DNA of 64,000 nucleotides, from the NCBI GenBank assembly GCA_913049785.1, contig CAJWXP010000007.1, positions 7,078-71,077 of the forward strand. The letters run 5' to 3'. Under the pieces are notes generated by a model, which worked only from the letters and a program-made list of their open reading frames with translations, did no database searches and was not told the origin of the DNA. Numbering within the stretch: the first letter of the stretch is position 1; every line of letters begins with the position of its first letter. Origin of the DNA: an uncultured Dehalococcoidia bacterium. Lineage in GTDB: Bacteria > Chloroflexota > Dehalococcoidia > Lucifugimonadales > UBA1127. Below are positions 55,188 to 63,865 of this stretch, in pieces. A program made the position numbers and the translations under genes.

Positions 55188-56870
55188 CTAACGGGCAGCC
55201 TTAATATTGTGAACGTGTGTCCACGTGCCGGTGATGGCGCCGGGGAAAGCCCAATCACCTACGATTTCTGGATCTACCGTAGCCTCAGCGGGCAACCAGA
55301 ATAAATGGATGCTCCCATAATTGGTAAACATCGCTTCCCCAATATCTCGCCAGATAGCATCTCGTTTCGCTTCGTCTACTGTCGCTACGAGAGTCAGAAG
55401 ATGCCGTTCAGCCTCGAGAACATTGACGCCAGTGAAGCCCCGTGTATGGGATGAATTCAAAATGCCGACGCCAGTCCAGAGGCTTGAGCCCGTGCCAAAC
55501 ATTCGTATAGTGTTACTCACTGTGCCAGCTCGGGTGGCGGCCCTAAAAGCAGCAGCATCAACCCCCTCCAAATTAACGTCGACGCCAATTGCTTCTAAGT
55601 AACCTGTGACGGTCTCAGCAAGGTCTTTACCCCCAGAAATTCCGGTTACATTCAGCAGCGGAATGGTTGTTGTTAAGGGGTTGTTGGGCCCATAACCAGC
55701 TTCGGCGAGCAACGCTTTGGCCGCTACTGGGTCGTAGCCGTACGCTGCAGGGAACCGCTTGACCCAGCTTTCTTCCCAACCTGGACGGCTGGAGTTGAAG
55801 TGGTTCAGATACATGGTTAAGCCCTTACCGTTGAACAATGCTTTATTCATCTCATCGCGGTTGATGGCCTTATTGAGGGCTTCTCGCACTTTGACATTCA
55901 TAAGTGGGCTGTCAGGAAACTTGTACCCTGAATCAGGATTCTTTTTCTCATTCAAATAGCAGCAGTACATCCACCCAAACAATCGAACCCCCGGGAATAT
56001 GCCTACTCGAGTCTCCATACCCTCGCTCAACGCTTGAGTTAAAAGGTCATCAGGTAAATGAGCCATATGAACTTCTCCCGTCAGGAGAGACGCTAAACGC
56101 GTGGAGACTTCCGGCATAAAGCGATACTCAAACTCCGGAAAATCTGGAACTACACCGCTCCAGTGCTTGCCGGGAGCTCGTTCTAACACTATTTTAGTCC
56201 CCGGTTCACGGCTCTTGAATTGGTAAGGACCGGTTCCTGCATGAGCCCATTCCAGAGTCTCTGGATTGCCTCCCTTGGCCTCGACCTGCGCACTGCTCCT
56301 CACTTCCATCCCACCTTGTATCTCGGAAATGGACTCAACAAGGTAAGCAGTACCGACAGGGTGATATACGACTTCGTGGTCATTAATAACCTCGACATCT
56401 TCCATTGTTGACGCCCACCAGCCACTCTGGCCGTGACGGCTATCCTCTTTGCTGATGTCTTTCCACATAGCAACTAGATCTTTTGCGGTGAATTCACCAT
56501 AGCCCCCATGGAATTCAACTCCCTTCCGAAGTTTCACCCGCAATGATTTTCCATCTGGATCAACTGACCAAGATTCCGCCAGACCGGGCATTAGCTGTCC
56601 GGTGTTAATGTCCAGCGCTATCGGGTAGTCATAGACCGATCGGTATGGCCATACGGTTGGCGATGAACTATGCCTGAGTTCATTAGTCTCAACACCGCTC
56701 AATGGAACAACCGCCATTATCAATCGGTTTACTTTGGGTTGTGCCGCTGACGGCACTGCCGTCGCCTCTGCCTCACTTCCTGCATCAGAATCGCCTGATG
56801 AGCAGGCAGCCAATACCAGAAGAGAGAACACACTCAGAACGAAAATAACCATGGTGCATTTTGATAACAT
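55188..56870 (-). CDS. ABC transporter substrate-binding lipoprotein, family 5 (S4)
   Basis: Start set at ATG 56870 (MLSKCTMVIFVLSVFSLLVLAACSS), 10 nt after gggagga. It has a shorter acidic/Ala linker. 560 aa. Confidence 0.8.
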   Translation of the reverse strand: MLSKCTMVIFVLSVFSLLVLAACSSGDSDAGSEAEATAVPSAAQPKVNRLIMAVVPLSGVETNELRHSSSPTVWPYRSVYDYPIALDINTGQLMPGLAESWSVDPDGKSLRVKLRKGVEFHGGYGEFTAKDLVAMWKDISKEDSRHGQSGWWASTMEDVEVINDHEVVYHPVGTAYLVESISEIQGGMEVRSSAQVEAKGGNPETLEWAHAGTGPYQFKSREPGTKIVLERAPGKHWSGVVPDFPEFEYRFMPEVSTRLASLLTGEVHMAHLPDDLLTQALSEGMETRVGIFPGVRLFGWMYCCYLNEKKNPDSGYKFPDSPLMNVKVREALNKAINRDEMNKALFNGKGLTMYLNHFNSSRPGWEESWVKRFPAAYGYDPVAAKALLAEAGYGPNNPLTTTIPLLNVTGISGGKDLAETVTGYLEAIGVDVNLEGVDAAAFRAATRAGTVSNTIRMFGTGSSLWTGVGILNSSHTRGFTGVNVLEAERHLLTLVATVDEAKRDAIWRDIGEAMFTNYGSIHLFWLPAEATVDPEIVGDWAFPGAITGTWTHVHNIKAAR

Positions 56871-57074
56871 CCTCACCACTTCCTCCCATTTTAATATGCG
56901 ACCGGTAAATTCAGTTCTCCTGTTATTTCACAAAATATCTGTAGGTTGTATTACTGTGATAATCCCCTGAAATTATTCGCGTATTTATCCCCTGACTGCA
57001 TGTTTGGACGACGCCTCAGATCCCGGTAGCGGGCCCCACCTCCCCTCCATCCTCTATATTGGGCCCGATTGCCC

Positions 57075-58112
57075 TCAGGCAATCTGCATAATCGACTTAA
57101 CGCGGTCTTTCCATTTAGGGATCGCCTCAGGATTTACCACTGGAACGGGCAGATCACCATTCAGAGCGGTGATGGCGGTTTCCACTGCCATCACGCGGTT
57201 TGCGATGAGGCTCGCGTGGGTATGGGCGATACTGTGTGGCGTGAGAAACACGCGATCCGGATCCAGGCTTCTCATAGGGCTGTCAACGGGTAACGGCTCT
57301 TGATGAAAGACGTCAAGCCCCGCACCTGCTATCCAGTTCTCCTCTATCGCCTTTCTCAGCGCATTTTCTTCAATGGCTTCCCCTCGCGATGTGTTTATGA
57401 GATACGAGGTGGGTTTCATCAACCGTAGTTGCTCTTCGCCTATCATTTCGAAGGTCTCCGGGGTGATCACCACGTGAAGGGAGACAAAGTCGGATTCACT
57501 TAGCAGCGTGGACAGGTCAACCAGTTCCACGCCAAATTCGTCCGCGCGCTCCTGTGATATGTACGGGTCGTGGCAAAGGAGCCGCACTTCCCATCCTCCG
57601 AGTCGCTTGGCCACCCCTGAACCCGTTCGGCCCAACCCGATGATGCCGACGGTCTTCTGCCAGAGCAGGAAACCGCGATCAGCGTTCTGACTCCACTCCC
57701 CACCACGGATGCGCGCTTCCTTTGTCTTGAGGCGCTTGGCCAGCATCGTCATTAATGCGATAGATGCTTCCGACACGCTGACAAAGTTCTCGGGAGTAGG
57801 GCTGTTACAAACAATGATGCCCAAATCCGTAGCACCCTGGACATCCACTCGCTCGTAGCCGATAACAGGAACAACTAAGGTGTGGAGAAGAGGAGACGCC
57901 TCCATCACAGCATGCGTCAGCGTAGGGGTAGGGCCAAGAACAACGTGGACATCATGACACAACTCCATCAATTCGCCTTCGGTGTACGCTTCTCTGGGGC
58001 TTGCTACTGCTCCTGGCGCTGAAGGCCGACCAAAGACGACCTCATGACCTGCCTCTTTCAGAGGTGCCAGAGCCTCATCTTGCCCCGCTAAGTTCAACAC
58101 CAGCACTTTCAT
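57075..58112 (-). CDS. D-isomer-specific 2-hydroxyacid dehydrogenase family protein
   Basis: Trimmed to ATG 58112 (MKVLVLN). NAD motif GIIGLGRTGSGVAKRL. It has the later NTSRGEAI and a His near the C-terminal part. 345 aa. Confidence 0.8.
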   Translation of the reverse strand: MKVLVLNLAGQDEALAPLKEAGHEVVFGRPSAPGAVASPREAYTEGELMELCHDVHVVLGPTPTLTHAVMEASPLLHTLVVPVIGYERVDVQGATDLGIIVCNSPTPENFVSVSEASIALMTMLAKRLKTKEARIRGGEWSQNADRGFLLWQKTVGIIGLGRTGSGVAKRLGGWEVRLLCHDPYISQERADEFGVELVDLSTLLSESDFVSLHVVITPETFEMIGEEQLRLMKPTSYLINTSRGEAIEENALRKAIEENWIAGAGLDVFHQEPLPVDSPMRSLDPDRVFLTPHSIAHTHASLIANRVMAVETAITALNGDLPVPVVNPEAIPKWKDRVKSIMQIA

Positions 58113-58226
58113 GCCTATCCCCCCGTGTTCGATAAGATTGTCGACCCGATTCAGGCCGCTGAGTAGTACAGAAGTTGCGGTCTCCTTCCATGGCAAACGG
58201 ACACCCTCGGATGATTACAGCCTTGC

Positions 58227-59357
58227 TTAGAGCTTGTAGAACTCTTTCGCGTTGTCGTGCGTTATCTTCTGTCGCAACGCAGGGTCTATGCCGACCATCT
58301 CATTGTCTAAGATCGCCACGGAGTTGGGCCATGTACTATCGGGGTGCGGGTAGTCTGACGCCCACATCATGTGACCCTCACCGAAGAATTTGACAAGGTT
58401 CAACCCTACGAGGTCCTGCTGGTACGTGGCCCATAGCTGCTTTTTAAACACCTCGCTTGGTAGCTTCTTCAAAGGGTAGTCGGCAGTTCCACCGCGAGCC
58501 TGCGCCTGATGGAACCGGTAGTCCATCTCCTGCACCTGGAAGGGGATCCAACCGGTGCCGGATTCTGCCATGACCACCCGGAGGTTAGGCCGTTTCTCCA
58601 AGATGCCGTAGGAGAACAGCCCGACGAACGGCTGGTAGAACACCGTTGCGCCATCGCCTAGTCCCATGCCGAATGCTGGTTTTCGCTCGTTTTCGACCGG
58701 AGCTTGGTTGGAAGAGAAGGTGCCAGTCCGGCTAGGCCCGCCGACGTGATAGTTCACTACAATGTTGTTGGCCTCTGCAGCGTCCCAAAACCCATCCCAT
58801 GCAGGCTGGTACATCGCAGTGGTGACGGTGCCCACCAGGAAATTCACCTGACGAACGCCCATTGCAGCGCACCGCAACATCTCCTCGGTTGAGCCCTCCG
58901 GGTCGTCCGGTAACATTTGTGCGACCACCCGAAATCGCGTCGGTGCCGACTTCTCGAAATCCGACGCCCAGTCATTGAATGCGCGGATAACGGCTTTGCC
59001 TAGCTCCTTATCTTCCATCCGCATCCCGAAGATTGGCGGATACATTACGGAGAATTTGACGCCGTCCCTGTCCATATCTTCCAGACGGAGAGCTGTGGTG
59101 GTGGGGCGGATCCCGTAATTTCCTTCGAACTTGACGCGATCAAGCGCTACCCTTGGCCGCTCGGTATCTTCAGACCATCGCCCGGCACGCCAGTCGCCCC
59201 AAGTCGCACCATCACAAACCCACATCTCTTTCCCGTTCTTCTCCTCCACATGAGGAGCGCGATCCTTAAACTCTTTAGGAAGGCGCTCCAGAAACAAATC
59301 CGCCGGGAGATAGCCAAGATCAATATGGTCGTCAGCAGAAATCATCGCCTCAGTCAT
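58227..59357 (-). CDS. Amidohydrolase_2 (ACMSD-like metal-dependent hydrolase/decarboxylase) family protein
   Basis: Trimmed to ATG 59357, with agggagggg SD. N-terminal ISADDHIDL and C-terminal WASDYPHPD are metal-ligand-like motifs. 376 aa. Confidence 0.75.
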   Translation of the reverse strand: MTEAMISADDHIDLGYLPADLFLERLPKEFKDRAPHVEEKNGKEMWVCDGATWGDWRAGRWSEDTERPRVALDRVKFEGNYGIRPTTTALRLEDMDRDGVKFSVMYPPIFGMRMEDKELGKAVIRAFNDWASDFEKSAPTRFRVVAQMLPDDPEGSTEEMLRCAAMGVRQVNFLVGTVTTAMYQPAWDGFWDAAEANNIVVNYHVGGPSRTGTFSSNQAPVENERKPAFGMGLGDGATVFYQPFVGLFSYGILEKRPNLRVVMAESGTGWIPFQVQEMDYRFHQAQARGGTADYPLKKLPSEVFKKQLWATYQQDLVGLNLVKFFGEGHMMWASDYPHPDSTWPNSVAILDNEMVGIDPALRQKITHDNAKEFYKL

Positions 59358-60264
59358 TTTCCCCTCCCTTATGAAAGCCTTTAATTTCTTTAAAATCTTC
59401 CGGTTTCGTTGTCTTTCGAGCAAATTATCGATGGATATCGTCTTGTCATTAAATAAGGATAGCGGAAGTCGATGCAAACAATAGGGACTGTGGCACAATG
59501 ATAACAGTAATGTCAAATTAACTGAGTTCCATCCTGACATCCACCAAATCCCCCCGAATTGTTAGGGGCAACGTTGGCGTGGGAAACGACATTCTTTCAC
59601 GCTGCTGGCAAAGCAAGTGATACGATTTGATTGGGCGTAAGCGACAGCTGGAATAATAGTCCAGTAGGACCATGATGAGGGCCTCGGCCGTCTATCACCG
59701 TCCCAGCTAAAGAGATTATTGCTGACGCAATAATTCGCCTCTGCCAAAGCTACCCACGATTGGCGGCATCTTTTCAGGCTGGTGATGTCAGAGTTTGATG
59801 GCAATGGGGGCACACTGATGCTCCAGAGTTGACCTGCTCCATGCAAAAGTGTCAGGGCTGTGGTGGTCTTCAGCTGCGACCTGACCTAGCTTTGTTGCTA
59901 TATAAAGTCACGTGGAAGAAATCTTTGACATATCAGGTAGCCAGTTGCCCTCTCCCAACAACTGCGAGGATATTTAGAAAATTTGTCCTAGGAATGTCAG
60001 GACCGCTACTGTAAATGACTGTGGATTCTAATCTAGGGGATGAGCGAGGCTAGTGGGCGTGAACGCAGAAGATAAGCATTACATCATTGCCAAGACCGTC
60101 AGTGGAATATCCCTACCGAGCGGTCGCCAACTTAAACTTACTTTCGGCTCGGTAGTAGAAAATCTCAAGGTATCCCCAATAGAGCATGAAGAGAGTCTTT
60201 CTTCGTCAAACGTTCACAGCTCGATACCCGATGAAAATTTATCAAGGGTACTGCTAAATATCTA

Positions 60265-61074
60265 TTGGCTTCACGCTATAAAACAAGTAAATCAGAACTG
60301 GAGGGTCTTGAAGCCCTTTGCGACAGAATTGCATTGCCATTGCGACTTGCCACTGCAAGTAGGGCACTCCTTTTCGGGCTTAAAGTCGGGCAAGGGACAG
60401 AGGATGACGTTATACCAGAAGGCCTTGATACTCCCGCTCTTGAACCAGCAGGGAATAATTATTTTGTAGCGCTCACCGAAATTCAGTGTCATAAGATTGA
60501 AAAGGCTCTTCCGATTCTTAGTTATAACCCTGAGTTGCAACTTCCTATCGACTACTTTACAGACGGCCATTACCAGATGAGTCCAAGCGAATCGGGGCTT
60601 TCATTCTTACTCAGTCTAGAAACTTTGTTTTCGTCAGGGTTGGCTCATCAAAACGAGAATCGTGTTGCCCATATGTCGTCGGTGTTTTCTTCGTTTGATC
60701 CAGAAAGCCGAAAACGCGCAAGGAAATTGATAACTGAAGCTTATTTGCACCGTGCTACTCTTCGGCATGGTGAGACTGATGTTTCTAAGATTCAGGCGAC
60801 CCATGATTGGTTTGGGGAATATGCCTGGGAATTGAAAGCTAAGAATGCCTTTGCATTGCAGCGGGTTTTATACAAATACGCAGCGGATAAAACATTTGAT
60901 TTGGGCGCTCATATTTTGGGCCATAAAGGACGTCAACATGATGAGGCGATACAAAAATTGCCAATTGTATGGGTAGATCATCACCAGTCGATAATTCGTT
61001 TGGATATGCCACAAGGCACTGTGATATCTACGGGTGGGGGCTCTGTCGAACTTATTCCACATGGTCCAAATTAA
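60265..61074 (+). CDS. HEPN-domain (Rx4H) protein with an ambiguous 5' end
   Basis: The motif KLITEAYLHRATLRHGE has R at 60751-60753 and H at 60766-60768, which is R-x4-H. It is preceded by the helix LSFLLSLETLF. The tracked start is TTG 60265 with no SD, and the frame is open from 60235. The overlapping upstream ORF 60053..60469 is in another frame and could be its N-terminus if one nt is lost or gained near gaaaattt (about 60233-60240). The region has low GC. Confidence 0.45.
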   Translation: MASRYKTSKSELEGLEALCDRIALPLRLATASRALLFGLKVGQGTEDDVIPEGLDTPALEPAGNNYFVALTEIQCHKIEKALPILSYNPELQLPIDYFTDGHYQMSPSESGLSFLLSLETLFSSGLAHQNENRVAHMSSVFSSFDPESRKRARKLITEAYLHRATLRHGETDVSKIQATHDWFGEYAWELKAKNAFALQRVLYKYAADKTFDLGAHILGHKGRQHDEAIQKLPIVWVDHHQSIIRLDMPQGTVISTGGGSVELIPHGPN

Positions 61075-61196
61075 GTGCCGGGACAGGTCCAGAACAAGTC
61101 CCGGTCAGGCTTCGAGGATGACTTCCAGATAGTGTGTATAGTGGAGACGAGGCCTCCCCCTTCTCCCCGATTGATTCCATGAATATTCACAATGCC

Positions 61197-61242
61197 GTGA
61201 TAAGAAAGAGGGGTACCGTTCGGTACCCCTCTTTCTTATCAC
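61197..61242. terminator. Perfect 21-bp-stem hairpin between the HEPN ORF and NMT1-like copy 1
   Basis: GTGATAAGAAAGAGGGGTACC-gttc-GGTACCCCTCTTTCTTATCAC. Confidence 0.6.
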
Positions 61243-61295
61243 CAATTTCTATTCCCGTTAACTTAGCTTCTAGATATTCTCGGCATCCTGGGGTA

Positions 61296-62180
61296 CTAGA
61301 CGGCCACCACATCATCATAAGAAGCGTGTCCCACCTGGTCCTCTGGGAACATGCCCCACTCCGTCATCCACCGATGAGTCCTATCGAAAGTCTCCCGAGT
61401 ATACGGCTCGAACACCATTCTCTCGCCTGTACCGCATTGTCGAGCGTCAACCATTCCGTGGTACTTTTCCGGCAGCTCATCCAGCAGGTAGTGCTGATAA
61501 AGCTCTTTAGCCACATCGATCTCTCTCTGGGCTCGTTGTAACGCGTTGAAGTATGCCCAAAGTTGCTGGTCCGTGGCGTCTCCATGAATGAGGAAACCGA
61601 TCATGAACGACGTGTCCACTACCTTATGGAATCCTTGCTGCTCTAGTACGTACGAGGGGGTGCCGAACACGTTAGCAGCTGGTACGCGATGGTCTAAGAC
61701 GAGTTGGAGACGCTCTATGGGGCCACCCACAAACTGGAGCTTGATCTGATCTTTCGGCAGAAAGGGCTCCAGGGCTTGTAGCGTTGAGAAATGGCTGCCG
61801 GAGTGGTAACCGACCGCGACTTCCACATTGGCAAGATCCTCAGGCTTCTTAATTCCTGAATCTGGAGCCGCCCATAATCCACCTGGCGTGACGGAGTAAG
61901 CGTGGCCCCACATACGCCCATGCTCGCCGTGTGCTGCCATATTCACCGCCCAGTGACAAGCAGAACTAATCTCGCATGCCCGATCTTCAGCCTCCATGGT
62001 CTCGAACGCTCCGCGCTTTACCTCGTCCGGAGCCTGGTCAGCAGAAGCGACTGTTGGTTGGGCTGTACCAAAATAACTGGTTTTGAACTCGTACTCCAGC
62101 CCCTCTTCCTTGAAGTAGCCCTTCTCCTCAGCCACCCATTCTTGAAGTCTGCCGTGAGGTTGAATCCGAAAGATACTCAT
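61296..62180 (-). CDS. Cytoplasmic NMT1/THI5-like (periplasmic-binding-protein type II fold) protein, copy 1
   Basis: 294 aa with no signal peptide. The N-terminus RIQPHGRLQEWVAEEKGYFKEEGLEYEF resembles the NMT1/SsuA-like start. Cys/His-rich ACEISSACHWAVNMAAHGEHGRMWGHAY. SD taaggaggtag. Confidence 0.55.
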   Translation of the reverse strand: MSIFRIQPHGRLQEWVAEEKGYFKEEGLEYEFKTSYFGTAQPTVASADQAPDEVKRGAFETMEAEDRACEISSACHWAVNMAAHGEHGRMWGHAYSVTPGGLWAAPDSGIKKPEDLANVEVAVGYHSGSHFSTLQALEPFLPKDQIKLQFVGGPIERLQLVLDHRVPAANVFGTPSYVLEQQGFHKVVDTSFMIGFLIHGDATDQQLWAYFNALQRAQREIDVAKELYQHYLLDELPEKYHGMVDARQCGTGERMVFEPYTRETFDRTHRWMTEWGMFPEDQVGHASYDDVVAV

Positions 62181-62436
62181 GCTCTACCTCCTAAGGAGTC
62201 CTGTGATTCGTTTTGTTGCCAATAATTTCCAGTATCTTGAGTAGCATGTTACCGCTCAACGTTTAGTATTGCTAGCGCTTCCCAGTTGAATTGTTTGCCT
62301 GCACTGAGTGGTATTCCTGGCCACCGTTGTCTATTCCGACTTTTTCCCCTACCGATCATAAAAGCAACCTTGGCCGATGGCCTCCGCCTTGAGAGTACCA
62401 GAATTCAAGTCTAGCCATTGAGTATTGCAATGCTTA

Positions 62437-62478
62437 GATAAGAAAGAGGGGTACCCCGCGGTACCCCTCTTTCTTATC
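62437..62478. terminator. Second copy of the same hairpin (19-bp stem, different loop)
   Basis: GATAAGAAAGAGGGGTACC-ccgc-GGTACCCCTCTTTCTTATC. Confidence 0.6.
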
Positions 62479-62533
62479 ACCAATTCCTATTCTCGTTAAC
62501 CTAGCCTCTAGATGTTCTCGGCATCCTCATCTA

Positions 62534-63415
62534 CTAGACGGCCACCGCATCATCATATGAAGCATGCCCCACCTGATCATCCGGGAATATACCCCACTCC
62601 ACCATCCAGCGATGGGTCCTTTCAAAGGTTTCTTGAGTATAGGGCTCAAAGACCAACCGTTCCCCAATACCTGATGCTTTGGGATTGTACAGATCGTGAT
62701 ACTTTTCCGCCAACTGGTCATAAAGGTAGTGTTGGTACAGCTCCTTCGCGACGTCGATCTCACGTTGGGCCCGCTGGAGGGCGTTGAAATAAGCCCAGAG
62801 CTGCTCGTCGGTGGCTTCGCCGTTGATGAGGAATCCGATCATGAAGCTCGTGTCGACGATCTTACGGAACCCTTGCTGCTCTAGGACATAGCTCAATGTG
62901 CCGAATACGTTGGCAACCTGGACACGTCGATCCAAGGCCAATTGGCATCGATCTCCAGGCCCGCCTACGAACTGAAGCTTGATCTGGTCCTTGGGCAAGA
63001 ACTGCTCCATGCCTTGCAGAGCCGAAAAATGACTTCCAGAGTGATACCCGACGGCTACTTCGATGCCGGCCAGATCTTCGGGTTTCTTGATGTCGGACTC
63101 TGGGGCGACCCAGAGTCCTGCAGGAGTTACAGAATACGCATGGCCCCACATTCGCCCGTGCTCGCCGTGGGCTGCCATGTTGACTGCCCAGTGGCATGCC
63201 GAGCTGATCTCGCAGGCCCGCCCTGCCTCCATGCCCTCGAAAGCTCCACGTTTGACTTCGACAGGTGCCTGGTCACTTGAGGTAACACTGGGTTGCGCTG
63301 AACGCTGCTGACCACGAATGAACTCGTAGTCCAGGCCTTCATCGGTAAAGTAGCCCTTCTCCTCAGCCACCCACTCCTGAATCCGCCCATGTGGCTGAAT
63401 CCGAAACTGTGCCAT
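62534..63415 (-). CDS. Cytoplasmic NMT1/THI5-like protein, copy 2
   Basis: Track ORF trimmed to ATG 63415 (MAQFRIQPHGRIQEWVAEEKGYF), with gggaggga SD. 293 aa. By eye, about four fifths of residues are identical to copy 1. Confidence 0.55.
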   Translation of the reverse strand: MAQFRIQPHGRIQEWVAEEKGYFTDEGLDYEFIRGQQRSAQPSVTSSDQAPVEVKRGAFEGMEAGRACEISSACHWAVNMAAHGEHGRMWGHAYSVTPAGLWVAPESDIKKPEDLAGIEVAVGYHSGSHFSALQGMEQFLPKDQIKLQFVGGPGDRCQLALDRRVQVANVFGTLSYVLEQQGFRKIVDTSFMIGFLINGEATDEQLWAYFNALQRAQREIDVAKELYQHYLYDQLAEKYHDLYNPKASGIGERLVFEPYTQETFERTHRWMVEWGIFPDDQVGHASYDDAVAV

Positions 63416-63487
63416 AATGCATCCCTCCCTTGACGAATTGAGCTTTGCACAGTATGAGAGCAAACGAATCCTGGTGTCAATTCGGTG

Positions 63488-63865
63488 TCAGGACGCTTCT
63501 AGAACTAGTGTGGCGTGGATTCTGAATCCACCAACAAATCCTTCACGTTTCCACCGGAATGCTGCCTTTAAATGGTAATCAACTAGCTTTGATTCTTCCG
63601 TATGTAGAGTGCCAGTAACGGCAGCAACGAAATCTAAACGAGTTTCCTTCGTGGACGCTGTACTTGGTGCGATGGGATCCATGTCATCGTCGTCGAAGTC
63701 CAAGTAAACGGGCCTTCCAGCAGCGGCCGGGTTAAAATACGCCTCGAATATCGCTTGGTTCCACTCCTCATAGGTCGCCGAATCAACCCCCCCCCACTCG
63801 TCTATGGGTAACCCTTGGTTAACGGATCCATGACTTATCTTGTGTATTGTGTAAAACTGAGGCAG
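63488..63865 (-). pseudogene. Open frame with protein-like sequence but no canonical start (fragment?)
   Basis: The track lists 63488..63703 from TTG. The same frame stays open up to the TAG at 63866-63868 and reads ..GLPIDEWGGVDSATYEEWNQAIFEAYFNPAAAGRPVYLDFDDDDMDPIAPS.., with no ATG, GTG or TTG before 63703. A C9 run lies at 63787-63795, and an out-of-frame ATG at 63831-63829. Confidence 0.3.

Noticed and set aside
2631-59540. N-terminal extensions in the ORF track for many genes (for example 2631, 4004, 7247, 11256, 23821, 30957, 38083, 39797, 50595, 50643, 58196 and 59540).
   Set aside because: In each case a downstream start has a GGAGG-type SD at proper spacing and matches where paralogs or family members begin. 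The extensions overlap neighbours or read as nonsense.
59562-60014. ORFs 59562..59846 (-) and 59829..60014 (+) upstream of the HEPN ORF.
   Set aside because: They are short, Cys/Ser/Trp-rich, and have no SD. I treated the region as non-coding, possibly decayed, DNA.
62181-62436. A possible TPP riboswitch in the 256-nt leader of the NMT1/THI5-like gene.
   Set aside because: I found no CTGAGA / ACCTGA core elements or thi-box-like sequence on the coding (minus) strand.
61197-62478. A CRISPR-like repeat, suggested by the identical palindromic sequence seen twice.
   Set aside because: There are only two copies, 1.24 kb apart, each at the 3' end of a duplicated gene. This is a duplicated terminator, not an array.
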